The notes: a model not told the origin generated them from the letters alone. 64,000 nt of DNA from Klebsormidium nitens (GCA_000708835.1 DF237246.1:44325-108324), one strand, 5' to 3'; counted from the first letter of the stretch, positions 1 to 13,058 are shown. Program-made: numbers and translations.

Positions 1-3000
1 GCACCATAAGCGGGTGGCGCCGTCGGAGTTTGTGCTGCGAGAGTTGAGCCCCACGACGCAGATTCTGGAGAGCGATGAGATCACGGGGAGGGCCGCGAAA
101 GTGCCGGGCAAGGTGTGGCTTTGCATGACGGTGCGCGCGGACAAGCTGCAGCGGCAGACGCCGGGTGAGGCTCCAAGAATGAAGGACATTTGATATAAAG
201 TGCTTTCTGCACAAAACTGCAGGGATTTGAACAGTTGGAAGGGTTGGAGATGACCGAGCTCTAGTCTGCGTAAGCCTGTCATCTGTCAACAGACCCTCAC
301 ATCCATCTGGATCAAATATCACATTCTGACCGGACCCTGGTCCGTCAGACCAGATCAGCAGGACAGGAAAAACCCAACGATTCTTCAATAGGAGGAAGCT
401 GGATCTGTATAGCAACAAGACGACTGCTTCACTTGGCAATCACGCGTCTTGGCGACCTCTAACGGCGAAATGAGTACCTCGGAAGGTCGAATCACCAGCT
501 CGCATGGTGGCAGAGCCAAGCCCGTTACAACGGGGGAGCAATTTCGCCACTTGACTGACCAGCCTTCGCATATTCTCAGGGCGAGACCCCGTGAACGACT
601 GGAAGCTGCGCGTCAGCCCCGTCATCAGCCTGGAGAACGACCTCCCCGAGGGGGGCCAATTCACGGTGTACGAGAAGCCCCCCAGGGCTTCTTTGGAGCC
701 CCGACAGAGCGGCGAAGTGGACAGCGGAAAGCAAGTCGGGATTCTCGCTGCGGACGTCCGGCGCCCGGTGTTCCTCAAGTGGGAGTTCGACGGCTGGCAG
801 ATGGATAAGGTGGGGCCACGTGGCTGCGACACGTCCCCAATGTCATTTAAGAGAGTTTTTGGAGTGATCAGAGGCTGTCTTACGCATGTTCGGTTGCCAG
901 GGTGGGCGTGCTTGATTGTGTGAAGATGTGTTTATCCTCTGCCGTCTGCCCCAAAATCGTCGATTGTCGTGACCTTACTCTGACGGCCCATATGCTTTGA
1001 GAAGGCACCCACTGCCAAATCACGATCTTACGACATCTTCTGCTGCTCAGCACTGGCGACGGGAAGAATGTAAAACTTCCTTAAAGCTGACCTTGAAAAC
1101 CTAAGAAAGTCGGGCCTCTTGAAAAAGCGTCGTATACGTACCTGGTTCTCTAAAGCTTACGGACAGGCTGAAAGCCATTACGTTGTTCTGCAAAACGAGT
1201 GTGAATTGGATGACAGTCGATCTGCTTTGCTTTGCAGGACTCGGTCCTCATCTCTCATCCCGACAAGTCCCCTGAAAGGGTCCTCTCCTTGACGCATCTA
1301 GACACAAATAGGTAAGTCCTTTGACTCTGGATTGTTTTGCGGGTTCTACGTCTCTTCGCTGCTTTCACGGCTCACGGACACCACGTTTGGAGCAAAGACA
1401 TCAGCAGAGCTATGAGATAGCGAACTCTGGACTGGCTCACATGTTGAAGCAGAGAGCGACGCCGCCGTTACATACTCCTCGCATTCGATATGATCAGAGG
1501 TTCTAGCTCTGGACAATTCGATTGTCGCATCACCAACTTGGAAGGCCTTTGGGGAGCTTCAAAGACCGCTTTCCCGGACCTGAAGCGGCTTCTGGAAACG
1601 TCAACTTCCGGAAGTGATACACGTCTCCGCAATTTCAGGCACCTCCGGTTGGGGCTCGACTTCCAACCGAGCGACGGCGAGCTCCCCCGGTTGATCCGGC
1701 TGTACGCGCCTTTCTGGCTGCAAGTGCGCCCGGGGCTCAAACTATCCATCCAGGTTGTCAAAGTCAGCGGCACTGTGGCCGCGGGAAAGGGCCGCGACCA
1801 CTGGATCGGGCAGGCCATCGCCCGGGTGAACATCGCCAAGCGGATCGCCGAGCGGAAGGAGAACAAGCAGCAGGCGAAACAGAACCAGGTTGCCCCGGTA
1901 AGTGCCTGAGTTCGCCCGTTTTGGGTCCGACCGAGGCCTCAGAGCGCAGTATTTAGTATGTATCCGCCGGCGACGATGCCAAATACATGGTACCATTGGC
2001 AAGTGGCTAGCAGTAGTCTTGGCAGAGTCGTCCTCTGAATGGTGCTATGTTCAAAAATTGGTCCCATAGTGGCGCAGTCTGACCCCTTGTTGGAGTGCCC
2101 TTTCCCAGATGTTCTGTGGAATGATCCAGGCAGAATTGAGCAGGTCGGCGACCCAGATATTCACTTTTCTCCATTGAAGTTTAAGCCTTAAAGTCTCCAG
2201 GGTATTTTGCCTGATTCTTGCCCGCCTTTCAGGCGGCGGAGGCTGCTGCAGACGTCTAAACAACCGGTCGCAGCCATTCTCGCGAAAACTGATTTTAAAA
2301 AGTATTTCTGCAGGCCGACGTGGTGTCTTTCTCGCGGGTGGCCAAGGTGCTGGAAGACCTGGGCGACGTGGCGCCGTCCGAGCCCGTGCTGCTGTCCCGC
2401 GCTGCGGACGACAAGGCGGGACTGTGCGTCCGCATGGCAGGCTCGGACGCGGACTACGGACCCGCGCTAGCGCTCGCAGAATTGGAGGAGCATGCGGTGA
2501 GCGGTCGAAAGGGTACCGGAATATGTGGTTTTGAGGTTTTAGGGGTTGAGTGGAAAGAAGATGCAATGTACACGGACCGGCTTATGGTGGCTTGAAAGCC
2601 GAGGAGTAGGTGGTGAGCTGTGCACTGGGTTTCAGGATTTTTGACAGCTGAGAAAGATACAGGAAAGAAAAAGCTGCAATACTGGCGCTGCCGGCAAAGT
2701 CGTGACGTCACGAATCATAGGCCTTGAAGGTCTGGATTTGAGCGGTGCCCCACATAAGACAACTTGGGGCTCCGAGAAGTTGCAACGAGATTTGCCACGA
2801 ACCACACGGTTTTTGCCGCTCGATATGGACGGTTCGACCGATGTCTTCGCTCAACGATGGCTTGAAAAGCTCTGCACTTCACACGCTTCTCATTTTGGCT
2901 GCCGCTTTTCGAAAATGACGAAGCTGTCTGACGTCTCCAAGAGTGTCGAAAGCGACCGGACGCTTTCGCCACACACTGAGACCGTTGCGGACGTTATGGT

Positions 3001-6000
3001 CGCGTTCAATGATCTGCGGACGCTTGTCTTTGCGTGCAGGCGGACCGCGTGGAGATGATGGCCCGCGGCAGCGACGGCTCGTACATGAACGTCATGGTGG
3101 GCATCGAGAGCTGCCCGCTCAAGATCGAGACGACCAGGGTGAGGACGCACAGTCTCAACATACTTTGCTTTTGCAGGAGCGTAAAAAAGATGTGCATTGC
3201 AGGAACCTTGAAAAAGATGTGCTTTGCAGGAGCCTAAGAAACGTTGCGCTTTGCAGGAGCCTAAGAACAAATGCTCATTGGTGCTGGAAGATCGTGGCGA
3301 GAACGTCGTTATGCCATGTGCCCTCTTGTTTCTGTTCAAGGCGTCGTTTGGGAGCCAGATGGCTTCAGGTTCCGAAGCGACGTCTTGGAGTCGCTAGCAA
3401 GGCTGCTTTGAAAAAGATGCTTGAAAGCAACTTTCAAGTCAGCCTAGGATGTCTCTTTTGGTTCTTAATCCTCGTTTGAGCAGGGCTATTGTCTGCGTAA
3501 CAAATCCTCCCTATCTGTGCAGGTCATCATGTTGCAGCCGCACACGCTCCTCTCGAACCAATACGGCGATACGATCACGTTCCGGCAAGAGGGGACTGAC
3601 AAGGAGCTTAAGCTAGACGTCGAGGCCGCCGCCGTGCCGCTGATTTGGACGTCAACAGAACATCCCGAGCGGATGGAGGTTGGTCAATAAAACCCTCACG
3701 GCTGTACTAGGATCGAAACTCGACCAAGCTTCGTAGCTTTTCTTGGTCGAAACATCAAGGAAAGCCGGCGGATGTAGCGCGCATGATGTGCGTTTGCCAT
3801 ACTTGTTCGCCTCTTTTCCCGAAATTGGAGGTCACTGGTAGAGCGAGCGTGACGGTCATGGGTAGAGCGAGCGACTAGAATTCTCGTCAAAAACAGTTGG
3901 TACGGCGACATCTTTGGGACCCCCGGCTTTTTCATCAAGGAAGCGGTACTTGAAACTGAGCAGTGTCCCACTTGTTCATTCTCTCTTCTCGATCTCTTTG
4001 CAGTTTCTTCCTGAGTTCCCAAGAGTTGTAGTCGCTCCAGACGAACATGGGCACAAAGAACCGTTCAGCCAAAATGGAATTTAAAGCCAATTACGAATTT
4101 GGGTCCTTTTGCAGGTCCGGGTAGGCGACCTTCCCTGGAGTCGCCCCTTCCGCACTGACGAAGACGGCACGCTCACGGTTCTCATGGGCGACCTGACCCA
4201 CCCCCTGCTGCCGCGCCTTCTGCGCATCGAGATCCGCACTGTCTTAGAAGAAGCGCGTTTCCTGGTCACTTTCCGTCGCCCCCCGATTCACCCCCCCTAC
4301 CGCCTCGAGAACCGCTCGGGGAATTGCGTTCTGGAGTATCGTCAAGGGGGGTTGCCTGATGAGGCGCAATGGGCCGCGCTGGACCCCCACTCGGCGGCGG
4401 CGTTCGTTTGGCAAGATAAGGTGCAGGAGGAGAAGCGACTGGAGGTGCGGGCGCGCGTGGGGGGAGTACTGGGCGAGCCGCAGAGCTATGACCTGGAGCG
4501 GCTTGGGAGGCTGGACAGCCTGCCAGTGCCAGGTGCGTTGAAGTTGAAACCGTCCTTCTACTTTTTAGTCGTGTGTCTTTCGTAAATCGTTCCTGTGCTT
4601 CAATTGTGTCCTTTCGAATGCTGCTGTTTCCGTTCCGATAGCGCCAAAGAGCGATGGAGTCTTTCTGGGCTGCAATCTCACAGCCACCACCGAAATATGG
4701 TGAGACCTAGTTGCGAGCCGGTTCTTTCAAGCGACCAGAATGGCAAGCGCAGAACCCACTCTGGTGGACCCCTTAATTCTTCTTTAATATACACTATTCG
4801 CAGCGATGCTCATCTTCAAGAAGGAATACGAAAGAGACAGAGTCCTTTGCCAACGGCAAGTTTCGTACGGTGGTCTATCGGAACGACGCTCGTGCTTCTG
4901 TCTTCCCTTCGAATATCCAGGAAACGGAGGACAAGAAGGACTGACCTAGTTGCGCGTAAATTTTCAGGCAGTGGCACCGCCGGCGGTCCGCCCCAGCTGG
5001 AAGCGTTCCTCTACGTGGAAGGCCCGGAGCGTGTGCTGCGCTTTGTTGTCCCGGAAGGCGACCGCCAGGTGGTGACCCGCAACAGCGGCGCCGGGAAAGT
5101 AGGCGAGCTGGCCTCCGACTGGGTGGGGGCCACGCCGGAGGACTCGCTCGGAACCTCGCAGGTGAGCCATATGTTCAAGATCGAAAACCTTGAGTAGGTA
5201 AGCCAAACTCATTGTGAGAATTTGAGTGTTGAGCTTTTGGCTACGTGAATTGTCGGGGTCGTCGGATCCATGTAATTCTGTTCCTTCAAGTTTTGAAGAC
5301 TTTGGGACTGTGGGGTGGTAAATTTGTTGAGCTCACAAGGCTTCCGTTCCTCTGGCCTGAACTTCATTACTCCATTAGTATTGCTATAATACCAAGGTCT
5401 CTCGCTTCAGTGATGGGGGAGTGTTAGCCAGTAAGGAAGCTCACTTCAGTGATGCCTGGAAAAAACCTGTTTTGCCCCCAAACTGGACCCTACTTCGGAT
5501 TACTAACGTTCTTCTTTTTTGCCAAAGGCCTTGCACTATGTGAGCTTCTTCCCTTAGTTTAAGTGGAGAATGAGCTTCGTCAGCAACGTTCAAATGGCGC
5601 ATCTGCAATGGCGTTTTCTAAGCCGCAAACTTTATTTCTTTACCGGTATAGCATGACTCAGCCCCAAAATAGAATCGGGCTTCTCAAAAACCATATTTTG
5701 ACCCGCAGGCGAGCGCCCACTTGCTTGACGTCAGCGTGGACGTCCCGGAGCTGGGCCTGTCCGTGATCGACCACGTGCCCCAGGAGCTGCTGTACTGCCA
5801 CGTGGCAAGCCTGCAGCTGGGCTATACCACAGGGCTCGGGAAGGGCGTTACACGCACGCGGCTGCAGCTGCGCCACTTCCAGGTCAGTATCTTTCAGTTT
5901 AGGATCTTTTGCAGTTCCGCTCAGCAGATAGTCGAGTTTGAGCCTTTTAAAAGCTTCTGAGATCAAGGAGGCCATAGAAAGATGATTTGGCCATGGTATC

Positions 6001-9000
6001 GAACCGCCTGCGAGCTCCTGAGACGAAAGTGAGCTATTTTGGAGACCCGAGCACTTGCGCTGAAAGGTGAAACTTGACCGCTAATGGGCAGGGACTTAGG
6101 TCATTCCTGAATTATGTGCTGCGCATAAGGCTGGCCGCGTCTTCTTGGTTTGGAGTGTGGAGAAGCTCTTAACGGTTGCCACGCTTTTCCCCTTCGAAGA
6201 AAGAAGGCAAAAGGAGAAACGTTCTCCTTTCCACCGAACTGGCGCAGCAGGCTACGATCCACTACATGAAGTATTTCCAAGGAGCAAGACCTTTGTGAGA
6301 GAGAGCGCTTTGGTACATCATAGAAACGAATTTCAATTCAATGGTTCGGCTGTCTCAATCTGTTCGTGTTGCTGCTCACCGCCAGGTCGACAACCAGTTG
6401 CCCTGGTCGCCTCTTCCGGTCCTCCTCGCCCCGGAGCCGGAGGACGCACACTCGGGCACTCCCCCCAGTTGGGTCCTCCAAGTAACCATCATCTCCAAAG
6501 AAGAGCCCGGCCACACCGCGCAAGAGTACCCCTACATCGGTCTCCACACCCCCGACATCGCCTGGAACATCGCCATCCACGAACCGATCGTCTGGCGGCT
6601 GCTCGACTTCTACGAGAAGCTAGGGCTGGACCGCCTGGGGGGATCCCCCGAGCCCGGCCAGCAGCAGGCGGCGACCGTTGATCCGTACATTGGGGTTCAT
6701 CTGCTCGACTTTAGTGAGCACCGGTTGAAGCTGACGACCGAAATGGCGCCCGGACAGCGTCCCCCGGGCGCGCTCGGCGTGTGGGGCCCGCTGCTGACGG
6801 CGCTCGGGAACACGAACGCGATGCACCTGGTGTTCCACGCGGTCGTCCGGGAGAACTTGTTCATGCGCCGCTCCGAGTTCGTGAACGCCATGATCGCCCA
6901 CGTGGCGCGGGACCTTCTCTCCCAGGTGGGCAACTGGAGGACGTCAGCAAACAAATGCTTATCTTTTCGAGTTTTTCGACACTTTCTGTGTTTCGACAAA
7001 GGCTCTGCACTGGCGCAGCTTATAAACCGAAGCTTTGAAAGACGCGCTAACTTTGGGCCCGCTTCTGTCAAGTTCCGTCTACTTTTGCCGCTTGAAAGTT
7101 TGCAGTGACTGCAAGCGCGAGCTGTGCACGGTGGGATTCCTCAGGAGAACGGATCCCAGAAGTCGTCGTGAAGGTCTGCTTGGATCCTCGATATGAATCG
7201 ACTCGGCCTTCAGTCATTTTGCATCCTGGAAATGCCAGGGACCTAACCTTCATAATGAAAGCATTGGAGCCCAGACCCTCGAATTCACGTTTTGCAATCC
7301 CAATCCTTATGTTTCCAATCGCAGCCCCTTCGTCTCCTCACCGGCGTTGACGTTCTGGGCAACACCAGCAGCACGCTCGGTCAGGCGGGCCGCATCCTTG
7401 CGGACGCTTCCATGGACCGCGTCTTCGTCCGGCGCCGCAACCGGGCGGAGCGCATGAGCAACGTGGAAGGCTTGGGGTCCGGTATTAAGGAAGGCGCGCG
7501 CGCACTTGGGCGAGCGCTGGCCCGGGGCATCTACGGCACCGTCGCGAGGCCGGTCCAGGTGAGGGGGTTGTAAACCCAGGACAACCGTTTGAGTTGCTCC
7601 TTTTGCTGCATCTGAAGCTCTGCTGAGGTAAGGCTCCTGCATTACACCTTAAGAAGGGGAGGGTTTTGACTTAACGACTGGCGGCGCTCGAAAAAGTCAA
7701 AGAAATTCTAAGGAAGTCTGTCGACAAGGATTAGAAGTGTTCTGCTTTGCCAACTGCGGCCCTCGTTTCGCACGTCTTCTTGCTGCGCTTAGTTACTCTG
7801 TCCCGTCTCACCGTCCCTCTTGAAGGGGGCGTCGTGTGACACGTAACGCCTCGGCGACCGCATAGCCCGTTTGCCCGCATTCCGGGTCGCTGAATCCGGT
7901 ACCACGTGATAGAATCCTTGGCAGCACAAGGGCAGCATATTTTGCAGAGGGGCCGCCGCGGAAGCATGTGGTTAGACGCCTTCTTGACGCTGCTGCAGTC
8001 TTCGTAAACGCTTGACATGCATTGCGTTCATCTTTGTACAGGGCGCGTCCCGCGACGGTTTGGAGGGCTTCAGCCAGGGCTGCCTGCAGGGCTTCGTGGG
8101 CTGTCTCCTGCTGCCCGCGTCCGGATGTCTTGACTTAGCGTCCAAAACCACGGACGGCATCGATACGACTTGGGTCAAGCTCCTGAGCGGGAACAAGGGC
8201 AAACAGCGCGTGCGGCTGCCACGTGCCTTCACGGCGGACGGGGTGCTGCGGCCGTACGACGAGGAGCAGGCACGGGGCCAGGTGAGGACCGGATTCTGCG
8301 TTTGATTCTGGTCTAGTCAAGACCGTTCCGCGAAGTGTCCTGTATTGGTTGAGCCAGCAACCAGTTTACTTCCAGGGGAGCAGTGTTCAACTTGCTACTC
8401 TTTGTAGCGGTGGAGGATCATCCAAGCATCCGGTGGAAATCAGAAACTGCACCTTAATTAGTAAACGGTGCGCTCCTTCCAAAATGGTGGCCAAGAGTTG
8501 GGCATCCCAGATGTTGCCAGAGATCCGACATTGATGCGGAAAGCCTGAAATCCAAACCGGAAAACAAATAGTGACGGCCTCACACGTCCATTCACATTCT
8601 GGAGGTGTGAAAGGCGCCCGACTTACAGATGTCCAGCAAACCCGTTAAGTTAGGTCAGGAAATCTGAGAGTCCTCAGGCCCTCACATTTTGCTACTTTCC
8701 TTTGCAGGCGGTCCTCCACGCGGTCCAGTTGAAGCACAAGGTGGCCCTCACCGACTTCTACGAGGCCCACTTTTGGCTGGTCAAGCAGCGGACGCTGATC
8801 CTCACCAACCACCGGATGCTGCTGGTACAGGTCAGGCTTCTAATACTCCTACTTTTTCCCCAGAGAACTATTGGATCCAAGCAAGGACCCCTATGGTCCC
8901 AAAAACTGGCGGAAGATGTTTGAAATTGACGATCTTGTGAAATAAGCTTCACGAAGCTTTTGCCCGTGCTTCTGTCGTCAACAATGTGTCTTCCTGTGAA

Positions 9001-11589
9001 CTTCTTTGGAGACCTATTTTATTAAATTACGATCACTCAGACGGCTTTGTTTCCCCCAGGGCGACACCGTTCTGTGGACCGTCACCTGGGACGAGTACCT
9101 GGCGCTTGAGCTGGCTGACGTCGGCCCGGACGTCAGCACCAGGCCGCCTCGGGTGATCGTCCACCTGCGGCATTGGCAGCACGCGCGGTCGGTCTTCGAA
9201 AGGAAGGCGCTCATGCGGAGCATCCGGTGCCAGCCTGGCACCTCCCAGGCCCGCCACGTGTACGCTGCGATAAAGAGGGCGCATGCCAAATTTGGGCCGC
9301 AGGAGAAGGAAGCCGTAACGGGGATCGGGGTGAGCTTGCGAACAGAGGCCCCAAAAAAACTTCACGTGTTCTCTTGAAGCGAATAGGAGGTCAGCGCTAT
9401 TCTGGAATGATGAGAAGCGAAGATTGTGGGCAAAAAGCTAAATGTGAGGCTTCAAGGGTATTTGGGTTCCTCCTTCGTGCAATTTTGAGCGAAACTAGTA
9501 GAGAAGAGGAACGAAGACTCTTTAAAAATCTGTAGTCCGCGCTAACTGTGTTGCAGCTAAAACTGCGCAGTCTCAAAGGGGCTGTAGCGATGGGTATCGG
9601 AAAAGTCTGCGGTGAACAGACTCAACGCTTTCATTTGACGTTTTTCCAACTCGAGCACGCCAAGATGAAATCAGAGCGTCTCACAAGTTGCCTACAGAGA
9701 AAGAAAATCTAATCCTCTCTCCCCGCTCCCCCCGCAGCTCACGCACCGCCGCCGTCCTCTTTACCGCGCCGGCAAGTCGGGCCTGCGCATGATCCCCGAC
9801 CTGGACAAGGAGGAGCCGCGCCGCGCGCCGCTGGAAATCACGGCGGGTCCGTCGGAGAGTGCCACGAAGACCCCTGTCGAGCACTTCGAGCTGTGAGTAG
9901 AATCAACTGTCCATTGAGATTGACACACCTTGTTTTGCTGGAGCTGCAGGATGAGCGTTCCTCCAGAGGGTTTAGTGCTCATTGTCTTGAGCCTTCGCGC
10001 TCTGTTTGTCTTTGTGAACAGCTATGAAGTTGAGTTTCGAAGGTGCGACAGTGTGCTTTTCTCTCTGGCAATCGACCGCGTTCCGTTCTCCTCCCTCCAG
10101 CACCGTATGGGTCTTTCCGCTTCCCTGGTGGAGGAGAAGCGCTTGTGCAAATTACTGCGCGTCGCAAAATCTTCTGAACCGCATGTTCAAACTCCAATCA
10201 AACTTCGACGATTGACAGCACACACATGCAGCGTGCTAAACATCCAAAGCAGCCGCTCGGTTCTCTCCTGGAACCCCGCCTGAATACCCTGTTGTACCTC
10301 TTTCCGCAGCATTTGGTGGAACAAAGACGCCCAGGAGGCAGGCGCGGCGCTGGGATGCCTCCCCTGCTGCAGCGGCCCGCAACCGCTCTCCCACAACGCC
10401 GGGCCGGTGGCCATCTGGCGACCCGTGCCTCCCCCCGGGTGAGCATCCGCAATTTAAGATATAAGATCCACACGTCGCCTTGCTGCTTTTGTCCCTGCTC
10501 ACCGGCAGAGGGAAAGTCGGTCTTTGCGCCTTGAAGTTGTACCTATCTTAAGGCGCTGGGTTTCGCTTTTGAAGTTGGTCGCAATTGGATGTTTTTTAGA
10601 TGAGGAGTTGCGCTGCATTGCATTTCGTGCTGAGGTTACCAAACCCTCTTGGACCGAAGTACAACCAATCATGCTCGCATTGTCTCGTCTACGGAAAAGA
10701 CGCACTTCATTGCGCTCTGCAACTGGCCGAACTTGTTGTAGCCTCTTTCCTTTATAAGAACGCCCGATCTAATCTGCAGATATGTCACGCTGGGCAACGT
10801 TCTGACTCGTGACTTCGACCCCCCGGGCTCGGTTCCCGCCTACCGGGACGATCACGGCCGGGAGACGCCCCTCTTTGCTGCTCCGACCGAATATGACCTG
10901 GTAAGAAGAGCGCCTTTGGGACGCCTTTGGTTAAACTTCATTATCCTGGCTCGGAATACTCATCGTAGTTGGACAACTCGACAATCACGTGCTCGAGGTA
11001 TTTAAAACGAAGTAGCCAGACCTCTCAGGCAAACAACTTTGCTTCACTGGCAAAGTGTCCGACCGACGACTGCTCGTCGGATTCTAGCAATCGTACAATG
11101 CTTTGGGGGCCAGGTCTTCCGGAAGTAACGTAGGGACATACTGCATGCTGGTAGGAAAAAGTTGTTGCTTGCGACTCCGCCCTCTCATGCGGGTTCTAAG
11201 AACCTCACATGCGCATAACGCCAACGAAACAAGGCTCAACAAGGATTGTGATCTCTGTGTCCCTGCAGATCTACCGTGACGTCGGGACTCCCGGCTACAC
11301 CCCGCTCACCCTGTGGGCGCCTCGGGCGCCGGAGGGATACGTCCCTGGAGGCCACGTGGCGGTTGCCGGTTGGGAGGAACCGCCAAGGGACTTCGCCACG
11401 TGTATCCACAGCGAAGCGGCCGAACCGGTCTCTGTCAACGGAAGCAATCCGATATGGCAGCCGAGCCGCGAGCTGGCGTCCCTATGGCCGTGCAATGTGT
11501 GGGGAACCGACAGCCCAGGAAACACCTTCATCGCCCACAGAGGGCAAGACCCTCCGCCACCCGCGCGCTTATATAAGCTTCGAGAGTGA
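1..11589 (+). CDS. VPS13: VPS13 lipid-transfer protein, C-terminal part (VAB/SHR-BD region, APT1/ATG2_C-like region, C-terminal Vps62-like repeats); 5' end lies outside the window
   Basis: Phase-consistent GT-AG chain: <1-164, 580-809, 1238-1311, 1639-1897, 2314-2496, 3040-3138, 3523-3678, 4115-4532, 4968-5161, 5709-5882, 6386-6925, 7325-7558, 8042-8281, 8708-8830, 9060-9329, 9738-9892, 10310-10438, 10780-10900, 11269-11589 (TGA). Family-typical motifs: RLYAPFWL, PPYRLENRS, VDVPELGLSVIDHVPQELLY, QVDNQLP, GVDVLGNTSSTLG, GCLLLPASGCLDLASKTTDGI, IWRPVPPPGYVTLG. Confidence 0.93.
306..355. repeat. Short imperfect inverted repeat (hairpin) in VPS13 intron
   Basis: TCTGACCGGACC (325-336) pairs with GGTCCGTCAGA (339-349) with one bulge; the outer ATCTGG (305-310) pairs with CCAGAT (350-355). 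Confidence 0.5.
3167..3272 (+). repeat. Tandem repeat, 4 x 27 nt, in VPS13 intron; each unit contains an acceptor-like TTGCAG|G
   Basis: Units start at 3167, 3194, 3221 and 3248. Consensus is roughly GCTTTGCAGGAGCCTAAGAAAGATGT. Confidence 0.9.
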
Positions 11590-13058
11590 CTTCGGTACCT
11601 AAGTTGGCAAAGACGTATGCACAAATGCTGCGCATACCAGAGTCCGCCATAGGAGGCCATATATGAAAGAATCCGCCAGTGCAGCTCGCGTGAAATGGCT
11701 TTATAGATTTTGATGCACTAGGCTTTTTACAGAGACAATTGCACTTTCAATGTCCGAGCGCCGATAGAAGTTATCTTACAAGTATGTGGATGCTTAAAGC
11801 TAATCATCTCCGACCTCTGATCTTCCTATACTTGAAGTTCGAAAGTAACTCGGTTCACTTTGAGCGTGGAGTCGTACGCGTGTATGAACTGATTGAACCG
11901 AAAGGTATAGGAAGAGCACAGTACATTCTTGCTGCATGCGCGGTCAAAAAACTGTGCCCGGGAGCTGCAGCCTGTCGGTTGCAGGCATGCATGTGCAACA
12001 TTCCAGAAACCGGCGGCCGCCGGCCAGTGTCTTTTGTGGGCACACACATACTCACCTGATCAATTGAATTAATACTTGAAATTTTAAAACCGCTCATGTA
12101 TAAAAGCAAACACCTTTTGTAAAGTTTGCTCATTCGATTCGCACCCATTCTCAAGGTTTCCAAGCTCTCGAGCATCGCTCATGGGCGGGCGGCGGTCGCC
12201 CACCTCTAGCTCTGTCATCGGACGGTGCCAGCAAACAGGTGGAAATTCAGGAATCATGCGCCGGCCGAACCTGGTGAAATTTGATGACGTCAGCAACCGT
12301 GGTCATCAACTTGTCAGGAATCTGAAAATCAGGCTCAGCCAATCATATTCCCGCCGCACGCGTGTCGGACGAAAGTCGACAAAGATTCCCCAGATTCGAT
12401 CAGTGTCGACATCGGACCCCAGGCACTTACACAGGCGTGGGCGGCCGGTATTACGCTTTAGCCTTTTGCTTCCTCCCATGCAAGATACCTATGCCGGGCC
12501 CCGGCTACATGCTGTCATCAACATCACCTTTGATTCGCATCTAGCTAGCTACTGCAGCTGCGGTAGCCCACGTGAGTCAGGATTTTGCTGTGACTTGTTC
12601 GGTAGGCTCAACAGCTACCTTGTAGTATCCACTACATAGTAGCTGAGGAAAGCTGACAGCTTTTGCAATATTGTGGGTCAACTTTGCCAAGAGACCAGCG
12701 ATGGTGGGGCGATGGTGACGGTGCTAATAGGAGGGAGGCCAATGTAAACGCCGCCCACGTTGCCAGGCACTGCGCAGCAGGATATGAGAGGCTTTGAACT
12801 ACTTGGGGGCATGTCCAATGCTGTGCACTTTGTGCTGAAGGGCATGATCCTCAGCTGGGGAAAATTTGGTGCGGCCTAGCATTTTAAGCTTTGCTTCAAG
12901 ACCTGAACAGTGCTGAGGATTCTGTTAACTCTCGGTCCCAGAACAACTTTTGCTGACAACCATCGTTGATCATCAGCTAGCCATGAGCAGCTAGCCGCAC
13001 TTCCAGCCAAAGACAGGGAGAATTCAGTTGCACAGTCAGACACCCTCCATCAGCTCAG

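Noticed and set aside
6985-7075. Possible echo GACGCGCT...GGGCCCGCT of the VPS13 exon 6386-6925 interior, and similar faint matches (e.g. 18220-18230, 25131-25192)
   Set aside because: Too short or gapped to distinguish from chance by eye.
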